DNA of 124,000 nucleotides from Hyalangium minutum (GTDB lineage Bacteria; Myxococcota; Myxococcia; Myxococcales; Myxococcaceae): NCBI RefSeq assembly GCF_000737315.1, contig NZ_JMCB01000004.1, positions 144,001 to 268,000 of the forward strand, read 5' to 3'. Shown piece by piece: positions 114,977 to 124,000 of this stretch (position 1 is its first letter; each line of letters starts with the position of its first letter). The notes under the pieces were generated by a model. It saw only the letters and a program-made list of their open reading frames with translations, ran no database searches and was not told where the DNA came from. The position numbers and the translations under genes were made by a program.

Positions 114977-115281
114977 GGTCCGAGTCTCAGTGGAGGGGCA
115001 TCGCCTGCTACAGCCGAACAGGTGATCGGCGTGGCTCGGGACGGGTGATCGACATGATCTGGAGCACGCACATGTGGTGAAGTGGGCGTTGACCTGTGGA
115101 GCGGGTATGTGTCATCTTTTGAACGATTCATCCTGAGAGAGATGATGTGTGCCACGCCCCAATGGGACTCCCCGTATGCGACACCTAAATGGATGGACGA
115201 CTCGATCGTCTCATTCTCATCAGGTGGACGCTGCGAACCCTGGCGCTGGCGATCAGAGTGACTCTAGGTAAGGAAAGGTCG

Positions 115282-116031
115282 ATGGTGAGCCCACAGCAGT
115301 CGAATGAGAGTGAAGGAGTCGCGGCCTGTCTCCAGGAAGTCACGAAGGAATACCAACTGGGGAAGACCACGGTACAAGCGCTGCGAGGTATCAGCCTCTC
115401 GATTGCTGTTGGCTCCTACACCGTGATTTGTGGTCCCTCCGGCAGCGGTAAGAGCACGGCCCTCCAGCTGCTGGGATGCCTGGACATGCCGACGACAGGG
115501 CGCGTGGAGATCGCCGGCCAAGATGTCGTCGCCTTGAGTGACAAGGCGCGCACCTCGTTTCGGGCGCAACACCTCGGTTTCGTGTTTCAGAATTTCAACT
115601 TGGTGCCGGTGCTGACCGCGCTGGAGAACGTCGAGTATCCGCTGCAACTCACTGTCCGGGATGCCGCCGAGCGTCGCGAGCGCGCGCAGAAGATGCTCGA
115701 AGCGGTCGGGTTGGGGACAATGCTGCAGCGGCGCCCCGCCGAGCTCTCCGGAGGACAGCGCCAGCGTGTTGCGGTGGCGCGGGCGATGGTGAAGCGGCCC
115801 AAGCTGGTGCTCGCGGACGAGCCTACCGCCAACCTGGATCGCCGCACCGGGGCAGAGCTCATTGAGATGATGCGCACCATGCAGCGAGAGCACCAGACAA
115901 CGTTCATTCTTTCTTCGCACGATCCCCAGATGATCGAGGGGGCGGATGAGCGGATCCGCATTGAGGACGGCCGTGTCGTGGAGCGCGTCCAGCGCTCATC
116001 CCCCGCCCTGGCCATGCGAGGCGCCTCATGA
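115282..116031 (+). CDS. ABC transporter ATP-binding protein (LolD-like)
   Basis: GPSGSGKS, GFVFQ.FNL, LSGGQRQRVA, ADEPT.NLD, SHD. Confidence 0.93.
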   Translation: MVSPQQSNESEGVAACLQEVTKEYQLGKTTVQALRGISLSIAVGSYTVICGPSGSGKSTALQLLGCLDMPTTGRVEIAGQDVVALSDKARTSFRAQHLGFVFQNFNLVPVLTALENVEYPLQLTVRDAAERRERAQKMLEAVGLGTMLQRRPAELSGGQRQRVAVARAMVKRPKLVLADEPTANLDRRTGAELIEMMRTMQREHQTTFILSSHDPQMIEGADERIRIEDGRVVERVQRSSPALAMRGAS

Positions 116032-117419
116032 ACATCGTTGCACTGGCCGCGCGCAACGTCCTCCGTAACGCGCGCCGCTCGGGGCTCACAGCGGTAGCGT
116101 TGGTCGTGGGCACATTGGCCATCCTGGTGTTCGGGGGCTATGTCAACGACAACATCTATGGTCTCCAGACCATCACGGTGCGCCAGCACGGGCACTTGCA
116201 GGTCGTGCGCAAGGACTACCTGGACTTCGGCCGGGGCGATCCAGGGCGCTTTTCGATTCGTGATTACGATGCGCTCTTGAACAAGATCCGGACCGACGAG
116301 GTTCTCGCTTCGATGGTGGCTGCCGCTACCCCGGTGCTCCACGTCGAGGGCGCGGCGGGGAACTTCTCCGCCGGCGCCGCCAGCAGCTTCGCAGGTATCG
116401 GGGTGCTTCCTGAGGGGTACGCATCGCTGCTGGCGTGGGATGGGTTCGGTCTGCGGATTCCGCCCGGCAAGTCGCAGCTGAGGGCTGATGCGTCAGACGG
116501 CGGTATCGTGGGCTTCCGGCTGGCGCAATTGCTGTCCCTCTGCGGCCCGCTGAAGCTGACGGGGTGCAAGGAATTGCCCCCGCGAAGGAGCGCGGATCCT
116601 CAGGCTGCCGCACTGCCGGAGGACATCGCCATGCTGGGGCAGGCCGCGCAGGCGCAGTCGGACGGGACCACGAGCGGCGAGGTGTCGATCGAGTTGCTGG
116701 CCGCGTCGCCGTCTGGGCTGCCGAATGTGGTGCGCATGAACGTCCTCAAGGCGGAGCGTCAGGCCATCCGGGATCTGGATGCGCTCTACGTGGCGATGCC
116801 GCTGCCACTCGCTCAGCGCTTGGTGTTCGGCCCGAATGAGCACGCTGTCTCGGCCATCGTCATCCAGCTGAAGCATACGGAGATGCTGGAGGCGGCACAG
116901 TCTCGTCTGAACCAGCTGGTCAAGGACTCGGACCAGCTCGAGGTGCTGACTTTCCACCAAGTGAGCCCGGTGTACGACCAGATCGTTTCCAGCTACACGT
117001 CCGTCTTCACCTTCATTGCGATCCTCATGGGGCTCATTGCTCTCTTCTCGATTGCCAATGCCATCAACATGGCGGTGGGGGAGCGCATTGGTGAGATCGG
117101 CACGCTTCGTTCCCTGGGGTTCCAGCGCTCGTCGATCCGCGCGATCTTCATCCTCGAGGGTGCTCTGCTGGGCGTGTTCGGCACAGTCGTCGGCGCTGGG
117201 GTGGCGATTCTCGCGCAATACGGCCTCCTCGTCAGCCGCCTCACGTGGACGCCCCCGGGCCGCTCGACCCCCATCCCCCTGCGCATCGACGTGCTGAGCA
117301 GCCCTTCGATGATTGCGGCAACGGTCTTCGGTTTGGCGGCGGTGGCCTGCTTGTCCGCGCTCTGGCCCGCCAACCGTGCCGCTCGAATGGAAGTGACGGA
117401 GGCCCTGCGTCATGTGTGA
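116028..117419 (+). CDS. ABC permease (LolE/FtsX-like)
   Basis: A.RN..RN.RRS, ER.GEIGTLRSLG, ILEG, P..RAA.M...EALR. Confidence 0.9.
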   Translation: MNIVALAARNVLRNARRSGLTAVALVVGTLAILVFGGYVNDNIYGLQTITVRQHGHLQVVRKDYLDFGRGDPGRFSIRDYDALLNKIRTDEVLASMVAAATPVLHVEGAAGNFSAGAASSFAGIGVLPEGYASLLAWDGFGLRIPPGKSQLRADASDGGIVGFRLAQLLSLCGPLKLTGCKELPPRRSADPQAAALPEDIAMLGQAAQAQSDGTTSGEVSIELLAASPSGLPNVVRMNVLKAERQAIRDLDALYVAMPLPLAQRLVFGPNEHAVSAIVIQLKHTEMLEAAQSRLNQLVKDSDQLEVLTFHQVSPVYDQIVSSYTSVFTFIAILMGLIALFSIANAINMAVGERIGEIGTLRSLGFQRSSIRAIFILEGALLGVFGTVVGAGVAILAQYGLLVSRLTWTPPGRSTPIPLRIDVLSSPSMIAATVFGLAAVACLSALWPANRAARMEVTEALRHV

Positions 117420-118248
117420 CCGTCTCGCGAAATCTCGCCTGGAAGTGCGCGTCTCCCGCAAGTGGGCTGTTCGTCCCGGGCCGTTCTGGGGACTGCTGGC
117501 GTGCCTCCTCTCGTTCGCGGCGTTTGCTCAGGAGGGGGTGGATCCGCAGGCGCTGCTGACGCAGGCGGACGGCATCCGCAACCCGGATCGCGACTTCTCG
117601 GTCACCACCACCCTGGCGGAGTATCGCTCGGGCAAGATGGTCGATTCCTCCACGCTGGTGATCTATTCGAAGCTCGTCCCCGAGAGCGCGCAATACAACA
117701 GCCTCATCCGGTTCGTCAGCCCGCGGCGCGACGCAGGCAAGCTCATCTTGCGCAATGGGATGGAGATCTGGTTCTTTGACCCCTCCAGCAAGGCGAGCAT
117801 CCGCATCTCGCCGCAGGCGAGGCTGCTCGGCCAAGCCTCGAACGGCGACGTGCTGAGCACGAACCTCGCGAAGGCCTATTCCGCCAAGGTTGTCGCGCAC
117901 GAGCCGGTCGAGGACGACACGAAGCAGAAGCGGGCCTGCGTCAAACTGCGCCTCGTTGCGCAGCGCACGGATGTGCCGTACACGATGGCCGACTACTGGG
118001 TCGACGAGGCGAACGGCCGCCCGCTCAAGGCGCAGTTCTTCACCGCCGAGGGCCGCCTGCTGAAGACGGCGTACTTCCGGAAGTTCGAGTCCGTCCTAGG
118101 CCGTGAGCGCCCCACCGAGACGGTCATCATCGATGGGCTCGACCCCACATGGATTACCGTCATCCGGGCCTCGAACTTCCAGTGGCGTGAGATTCCAAAG
118201 ACGTGGCTGCAGCGGGATTACCTGCCGCGGTTCAGGGGCGAAGAATAG
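117412..118248 (+). CDS. Outer-membrane lipoprotein-sorting (LolA-like) protein
   Basis: F.SP.RDAGK.ILRNG...W.F.P......RIS...RL.GQ.SNGD. Confidence 0.78.
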   Translation: MCDRLAKSRLEVRVSRKWAVRPGPFWGLLACLLSFAAFAQEGVDPQALLTQADGIRNPDRDFSVTTTLAEYRSGKMVDSSTLVIYSKLVPESAQYNSLIRFVSPRRDAGKLILRNGMEIWFFDPSSKASIRISPQARLLGQASNGDVLSTNLAKAYSAKVVAHEPVEDDTKQKRACVKLRLVAQRTDVPYTMADYWVDEANGRPLKAQFFTAEGRLLKTAYFRKFESVLGRERPTETVIIDGLDPTWITVIRASNFQWREIPKTWLQRDYLPRFRGEE

Positions 118249-118254
118249 GTCCCA

Positions 118255-119712
118255 GTGATGCTCCGCAATCCCAGGACACGAGCGCCCCAGGCGTGCCCGC
118301 TCATGGCACTGGCCGGCTTGGCGCTCTTCACTTCCGCCACGCCTGGCTGGGCCCAGGAAGGCGCGCCGGAGGCCCCTGCATCGGAAGCGCCTCCCATGGC
118401 CGGGCCCCCCGAGGGTGAGGGAGCGCTTCCCAGTGGTGATTCCATCCCCGAATTCCCTCCGGGGCTTGACGTGGGCCAGGTGGAAGTGGGGGATGAGGCC
118501 GCTGGGGAGACTGAAGCCACCCGCTGGGGTCTGGAGGCCCAGCTCTGGTACCAGCGGCTCTACGAACGATCCGCGTCAGAGGAGGGGGGGACCATCGCCG
118601 CCAACGTTGGACGCCTGGTGCTCGACTTCCGCCGGGAGTGGCAACCGGGCAGGCGGTGGACCGTGGGATTCTCGAACCAGTGGCAGGGAGCTCTGGACCT
118701 GGGGCGCGCAGAGGATGCGCCCTCGCACTCCAGCGCCCTCAACAACGTGCGCGAGCTCTGGGGCCGCTGGCAGACGGGGGATGATGCGCACCCCCTCTAC
118801 GTCGACATTGGCCGCATCAATATTCGTAATGGCGTGGGCAGTGGTTACAGCCCCACTGACTTTTTCAAGGTGGGGGCTGTTCGCCAGCCGCTCTCACTGG
118901 ATCCCAACGCCTTCCGGTTGAATCGGCTGGGAACTGTGGTGGCGATGGTCCAGTACATCACCGAGCACGGTGCATGGACTGCCGCGCTGGTGCCTCCGCT
119001 GAGCACGCAGGACCCGATGCTGGCCGGGGAATGGTACTCGCTGGCGCTGAATCGCACGAATTCCGAGGCCGCGCTCTATGCGAAGTGGGCGCCTCAGATC
119101 CGGGAGTGGCTCTCCGTAGACGTGCTCCTGCTCGCCCGCAGGAGCGAGCGGCCCAAACTCGGCCTCAACATGTCCCTGCTGCTGGGGAGTGCCGTCGTGG
119201 TCAATGCGGACTGGGCCCTTGGGGGATGCCGGCAACTGGGAGGTCCTGACGAGCCGGTGACGCCTTACACCTGGTGCAACCGGGTGGCGGCCAACCTGAC
119301 GTGGACGACGCCGCTGGGACTCGAGATCACACTGGAGCAGCAGTTTGCCAGCGATGCGCTCGGTGCGACGGCGTGGCGTCAGTGGCAGGGCGTCAGTGAC
119401 GCCAGACTGCGGCGTCTCGGGGAGATGAGCATCCAGCGCTCCTTTGAGCTCGAGCCGCTGTTGAAGCATGGGTCGTTCGCGCGTGTCGGGTGGCGCGATG
119501 CCTTCGCCGTCCGAGGATTGGAGATCTCCAGCTTCGTCCAGGTCAACAACATCGATTGGAGTGGTCTCACACAGCAGATGGTGATGTGGCACACGCAGAG
119601 CGATTGGTCAGTGGGGGGGCAGTTCCAACAATTCTTTGGGGCGGCGAACAGCGAGTACGGCTCGCTGTCCACCCCGAGCCGGTTCAGCCTGTTCGTCAGT
119701 AGGCGTCACTGA
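118255..119712 (+). CDS. Putative outer-membrane beta-barrel protein
   Basis: Signal peptide; RELW, IGRINIRNGVGSGYSPTDFF; beta-strand periodicity. Confidence 0.6.
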   Translation: MMLRNPRTRAPQACPLMALAGLALFTSATPGWAQEGAPEAPASEAPPMAGPPEGEGALPSGDSIPEFPPGLDVGQVEVGDEAAGETEATRWGLEAQLWYQRLYERSASEEGGTIAANVGRLVLDFRREWQPGRRWTVGFSNQWQGALDLGRAEDAPSHSSALNNVRELWGRWQTGDDAHPLYVDIGRINIRNGVGSGYSPTDFFKVGAVRQPLSLDPNAFRLNRLGTVVAMVQYITEHGAWTAALVPPLSTQDPMLAGEWYSLALNRTNSEAALYAKWAPQIREWLSVDVLLLARRSERPKLGLNMSLLLGSAVVVNADWALGGCRQLGGPDEPVTPYTWCNRVAANLTWTTPLGLEITLEQQFASDALGATAWRQWQGVSDARLRRLGEMSIQRSFELEPLLKHGSFARVGWRDAFAVRGLEISSFVQVNNIDWSGLTQQMVMWHTQSDWSVGGQFQQFFGAANSEYGSLSTPSRFSLFVSRRH

Positions 119713-119745
119713 CGTTCCCTTGGCCGCGTAATCCAGGAAACCGAG

Positions 119746-120672
119746 ATGATCGGGATTGCTTCAACCGCCTACGTCTTGGCGAAGGCGCAGGACACAGTAA
119801 ACGAATGGTGCAGCTCGCGGGCGGTCGCCGAGGAGCGCCGCCAGACGCTGCTGCGCAACGGCGCCGACCGGTTCCATCGCGCGGAGCAGGAGGGGCTCAT
119901 CGATCTCGGCAGAGACGCCATCTCCCAGGTGCTGCAGGCCGGTGGCGTGTCTGCGGGCGAACTCGACGCGCTGGTCGTCTGCCACACCTCGCCCCTGAGT
120001 GCTCTGCCCATGCCGTACACGGTGGCGGGCACGCTGCGGCAGGCCTGCGGCCTGTCCCGGGCCTATGCGCTGGGCATCACCCAGCAGCAGTGCGTCTCCT
120101 CGCTCCATGCGCTGCGCGTGCTGGATGCGCTCTTCACCCGGCATGCCGAGTGGCGCTGGGCGATTGTCGTCACCATCGACACGATCGTCCGGGAGGACTA
120201 CCGCTTAGTGGGTGAGGCGGGGGTTCACTCGGACGCGGCCTCGGCGGTGCTCGTGCAGCGGAGCGCACCGGGGCGTGTCAGAGGCCTGCAGACGTACAAC
120301 GACCCGCGTGCGGCCACGGGCGTCATGCCGGACACGCTCTACCGGACAGACACCCACTATGTCTGGACGCTGGTGTCGGTGATCCGGCGCGTGCTCAAGG
120401 CTGCGGGGGTCGAGCCGGGTGATTTGGCCACCGTCCTCCCGCACAACGTCAACCTGCCGGCGTGGCGCCAGGTGCTGGCGTCGCTGGCCCTGCCCGAGGA
120501 GCGCCTGTTCCAGGCGAACTTCTCGCGGATGGGCCACGCCTTCGGCTCGGATGTCGCCATCAACATCGCGGACTCCGGTGTCCTGCGGAGCCCCGGGCAT
120601 CACCTGGTGTTCTCGAGCGGAATTGGCGGCTGCTTTGGCGGCTTCATCCTGAACACCGAGAGAGCGCCATGA
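119746..120672 (+). CDS. FabH/KAS III-like protein 1
   Basis: QQQCVS (Cys), HSDAASA, LPHNVN, GHAFGSD. Confidence 0.75.
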   Translation: MIGIASTAYVLAKAQDTVNEWCSSRAVAEERRQTLLRNGADRFHRAEQEGLIDLGRDAISQVLQAGGVSAGELDALVVCHTSPLSALPMPYTVAGTLRQACGLSRAYALGITQQQCVSSLHALRVLDALFTRHAEWRWAIVVTIDTIVREDYRLVGEAGVHSDAASAVLVQRSAPGRVRGLQTYNDPRAATGVMPDTLYRTDTHYVWTLVSVIRRVLKAAGVEPGDLATVLPHNVNLPAWRQVLASLALPEERLFQANFSRMGHAFGSDVAINIADSGVLRSPGHHLVFSSGIGGCFGGFILNTERAP

Positions 120673-121319
120673 GCACGCCACAGGTCCCGCTCCTGCCGGG
120701 CACGAAGTTTCCCTCGGTGGAGACCCTCCCATTCAGTTTGGAGCACCTCGACACGGTCTGGGGGTGGATGACCCCCCCGAACGTGCGTTGCTGGCTGGAC
120801 TTCGGAGGCGGCAAGCAGGAACTGCCGAAGCGTCAGCTCTACATGCTGCTGACCAGCCCGCGTGTCTGCGCACGCCTGTTTCGCCTGCCAGGTGACACCC
120901 AGCCGCTGGGCCTCGTCTGCCTGAACAATATCGATGACCTGATGTCCGCGATGGATGTGTGGGTCGTCCGGGATGTCTCGGTGCGGCGCACCGTCCGGAA
121001 CGATGTGGCCGGCGCCATCGTCAGCGTCATGGCCACGGGCTTCCTGGACTACGGCCGCCAGGTCGCCAACTCCTGGGTGGTGGCGTCCCATCGTGCGTCG
121101 ATCTACCTGCACAACGTCGTCGGGATGAAGCGCTCGGGGATCCAGCGCTTGCGGCACGTGATGGAAGGCCGCCGCTATGACCGCTGGACCTACGACATGA
121201 CCCTTGCCGACTTCGGGGAGATGTACCCGGATGTCCCCTCGGAGAAGGGCAGGACGTTCCGGACTCATCTACCGAACCCCACTCCCGTCGATGGCACCTC
121301 GGAGCCCAGCCGTGTCTAA
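120669..121319 (+). CDS. GNAT (RimJ/RimL-like) acyltransferase-fold protein
   Basis: GLVCL strand, ANSWV...HRASI.L...VGMKRSG..R. Confidence 0.55.
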   Translation: MSTPQVPLLPGTKFPSVETLPFSLEHLDTVWGWMTPPNVRCWLDFGGGKQELPKRQLYMLLTSPRVCARLFRLPGDTQPLGLVCLNNIDDLMSAMDVWVVRDVSVRRTVRNDVAGAIVSVMATGFLDYGRQVANSWVVASHRASIYLHNVVGMKRSGIQRLRHVMEGRRYDRWTYDMTLADFGEMYPDVPSEKGRTFRTHLPNPTPVDGTSEPSRV

Positions 121320-122310
121320 GTCCACCGCACGCCATGAGATCGGGATCGCGGATGCCGCGTACAATCTCCCCGGTCCCGCCGTCGATATCGTGGAGTGGGC
121401 GGCTGCCCGGAACGTCTCGTCGAAGCTGGTGGAGGAGCTGCTCGCTCACGGGTGCCGCTATTTCTACGAGGGGCCTGAGCACTCCGATGCGGAGCTGATC
121501 TCAGGGGCCATCGACCAGCTGGTGGCGCGCCAGGGAGAGCGCATCTCCCAGGTGAGTTACCTCCTGCATGCACACACCCAGCCGTTCAGCATGCCAGCGC
121601 CGCCGAGCTCGGTGCTGACGGAGCTCGTTCAGCGGTATCGCCTCTCGCCGAAGCTGTGCTTCTCGGTCGAGCACCTCGCGTGCGCGGGGGTGGTGGTCGC
121701 CGTCGATCGGGCCGCGCGCCTGCTCGCCGCGGACAGCGAGGCCCGGTATGCCCTGGTCGTGACCTCGGATCGGGTCTTCGGCAACCACAAGCACCGCATC
121801 CGTCAGAACGCGGGTATCCAGAGTGATGGCGGTACGGCCATCCTCCTCTCGAAGGAGGACGTGCGCTGCCGCCTGGGGGCGATCAGCTACAGGAACTTCG
121901 GGGATCTGCACGAGGGGCCCAGCAACCCCAGGACGACCGCGCTGATCGCTCGCTACACGTGGCTGCACACGAAGCTGGCCTTCGAGCAGAACAGCCGGGC
122001 CACGGGGATTCCCCTGCCGGAGTACGGCCAGCTCATGCCGGTGAACGCCGACCGCCACTACTGGGTGCAGATCGCCAACGCCTTGAACCTGCCCGAGAGC
122101 GCCTTCTTCCTCGACAACATCCGCGAGCGGGGCCACGCGTGCACCAATGACTTTGCCGTGAACTTGGTGGATCGGGGCTTCCCACTCCTGGACCAGGGCA
122201 AGCCAATCGCCTCGTGCGGACAGTCGAACGTGGGGGCCTATGCCATTGTGACCCTGCTGCCCCGCTCCGATAAGCCTTGGGCCGAGCCTTCCGCCCACCC
122301 CAGTGAGTGA
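121312..122310 (+). CDS. FabH/KAS III-like protein 2
   Basis: EHLACAG (Cys), QSDGG.A, GHACTND. Confidence 0.72.
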   Translation: MSKSTARHEIGIADAAYNLPGPAVDIVEWAAARNVSSKLVEELLAHGCRYFYEGPEHSDAELISGAIDQLVARQGERISQVSYLLHAHTQPFSMPAPPSSVLTELVQRYRLSPKLCFSVEHLACAGVVVAVDRAARLLAADSEARYALVVTSDRVFGNHKHRIRQNAGIQSDGGTAILLSKEDVRCRLGAISYRNFGDLHEGPSNPRTTALIARYTWLHTKLAFEQNSRATGIPLPEYGQLMPVNADRHYWVQIANALNLPESAFFLDNIRERGHACTNDFAVNLVDRGFPLLDQGKPIASCGQSNVGAYAIVTLLPRSDKPWAEPSAHPSE

Positions 122311-123410
122311 GCCCTGTGAGACTGACCCTGCGAATCGCCTCGGTGGGCGTCCACCTCCCTCCGAACTCTTTCCACACGAACCAACTCGGGACGGTCGTTC
122401 ACACGGCGTATCGTCACCTGTTTGATCCCGCCGGCTCGCGGTCGCGTCCGCCGACCGTGAGGCGTGGCGGTACGCTGATCCTGTCGGAGAAGTACTCGGC
122501 GCCGGCCGCCGCCGCGGATACAGAGCGCAGCAGTGACCTGGCGTCAGCGGCCGTGGGCGACATGCTCCGCGGCGCACCGACCGCGGCGCCTCACGTCCTG
122601 TCCATCCTGCACGCGCAGGCCACGCTCGATCAGCAGATCCTCGGGTCTGCCTGCCTGCGCATCGAGCACGACCACTTCCACGACATCCAGTCGGCGATGA
122701 CCGGTGGGCAGCTGGGGACGGCGGGGATTCCGACGCTCTTCCGCCTCGCGGAGATGGACACAGCCGAGGGCGGGCTCGCGTGTGTCTCCGCTGCGGACAA
122801 GTGGCTTGCGCCGTTCTTCCGCCGTGTTCCGGGGCTCGTCACCTATGCCGACGCCTCTGCGGCCTGCCTCGTGGCCGCGAACGATCTGATCGCCGCTCCC
122901 ATCGCCGAGATCGAGTCCATCGTCGTCTCGTGCCAGCCGCCCGCGCATGATCTCTGGACCGCCCCCGCCGCGCAGCAGCTCGAGTACGTGAGGGAGCACG
123001 CGGAGCGCTGCATCGTCCAACTGCTCAAGGAGAACCCGGAGGTGGAGCGGGCCTCGCTCTGCTTGGCCGGTGATGAGTATGAGGTGAGCCTGCACCACCG
123101 GCTCGCCCAGGCCACGGGCCTCGGTGGTGCGGTGCTCGGTGCCCCCTTCCCAGGAGTGCACCTCTCCAGCGCCTCCTCCCTGGCCTCGCTCCGCTCCGCG
123201 GTCGAGGCGGCTGTGCGAGGGGGCAAGCCGCTGAGGGCGGTCATTTGGACGGCCTCTCCGGCAGGGCATGCCGGCGCGATGCTCGTGCGCTGCGCTCCCG
123301 ATGCCGTCGCAACGCCGAAAGGCTGGACCAGCCGGCTTCCTTTTCCGATTCCACCTACCGACAGCAGTTCTCGGCAAGCAGACTGGTCGCAGGGAGCACA
123401 TGATGAGTAA
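122307..123410 (+). CDS. FabH-like protein 3, lacking catalytic Cys
   Basis: GQLGTAG at the Cys position, YADASAA, HLSSASS. Confidence 0.55.
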   Translation: MSPVRLTLRIASVGVHLPPNSFHTNQLGTVVHTAYRHLFDPAGSRSRPPTVRRGGTLILSEKYSAPAAAADTERSSDLASAAVGDMLRGAPTAAPHVLSILHAQATLDQQILGSACLRIEHDHFHDIQSAMTGGQLGTAGIPTLFRLAEMDTAEGGLACVSAADKWLAPFFRRVPGLVTYADASAACLVAANDLIAAPIAEIESIVVSCQPPAHDLWTAPAAQQLEYVREHAERCIVQLLKENPEVERASLCLAGDEYEVSLHHRLAQATGLGGAVLGAPFPGVHLSSASSLASLRSAVEAAVRGGKPLRAVIWTASPAGHAGAMLVRCAPDAVATPKGWTSRLPFPIPPTDSSSRQADWSQGAHDE

Positions 123411-124000
123411 GATGCTGATTCTTGCGCGTGGCGATGGCCGCGCATTCACCGCGCTGGATGGCAGCTCGATTCTCGAGGGGCTGCCCTTTCCGGTCGTGGT
123501 CTTCGCCGACAAGGCCAACGCGAAGTACTTCGAGAAGGTCGACACGGAGATCGTCCGGTGGAGCAATAAGGACGACGTGCATCAGCGAGCGCTCCGGCGG
123601 CATGCCGAGCACGGGGTCTTCGCCGTCGCCACGCTGGACGAACAGATGGTCGACCTGGCTGCCGTGCTCCGCAAGGAGATGGGGATTGGTGGAGCACACC
123701 CCGAGCACTCCCAGCGCTTCCGCAACAAGGTCGTCATGAAGGAGGCGCTGCGCGCGGCGGGCGTCCGCGTGCCCGAGCACACCAGCTGCGCGGATCGGGC
123801 CGCCGTCGAGGCGCTGCTCGCGAAGTATCAGCGGCTTGCGATCAAGCCTGTGGACGGGCAGGGCTCACGCGACGTCTCGTTTGTACAGACCCAGCAGGAG
123901 GTCGAGCACTGGTATTCCCAGACTCAGGCGCCGAACGGCTTCGAGGCGGAGGAGTTCATCGACGGAGTGCTCTACCATGTCAACGCGGTTGTCCGCGACG
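123400..124000 (+). CDS. ATP-grasp ligase (partial, runs off window)
   Basis: Open frame from ATG 123400 with FRNKVVMKEAL, IKPVDGQGS, EEFIDG.LYHVN; absent from the ORF track because it has no stop. Confidence 0.85.
   Translation, partial: MMSKMLILARGDGRAFTALDGSSILEGLPFPVVVFADKANAKYFEKVDTEIVRWSNKDDVHQRALRRHAEHGVFAVATLDEQMVDLAAVLRKEMGIGGAHPEHSQRFRNKVVMKEALRAAGVRVPEHTSCADRAAVEALLAKYQRLAIKPVDGQGSRDVSFVQTQQEVEHWYSQTQAPNGFEAEEFIDGVLYHVNAVVRD

Overview
High-GC myxobacterial chromosome segment (Cystobacterineae-like, e.g. Hyalangium/Stigmatella/Archangium; the taxon is inferred from gene content). 0-83.5 kb is mostly conserved core: MrfAB-like helicase/exonuclease, coaBC, UDG, a lysine-degradation gene set (kdd, kamD, kamE, kal, kce), katB-ankB, tilS-ftsH, folP-glmM-pdxJ-acpS-nnr-tsaE, hutUI, a second ftsH, grpE, htrA and gdh. 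This core is interrupted by accessory inserts: a TA module with a frameshifted ParE toxin; a decayed XRE/kinase/DUF2381/toxin-immunity island carrying an aerolysin-like gene between 365-bp direct repeats; a secreted Ig-repeat protein; and a che cluster with a GAF-CheD fusion and no cheB. After tRNA-Thr(CGT) lies a myxochromide PKS-NRPS cluster (mchABCD) whose module 4 is dead. It is followed by an unfamiliar biosynthetic cassette (Lol-like ABC exporter, three divergent FabH-like proteins, GNAT, ATP-grasp) that runs off the window end. That cassette and the toxin island are the best candidates for undescribed systems. All calls come from motif reading by eye; no searches were run.
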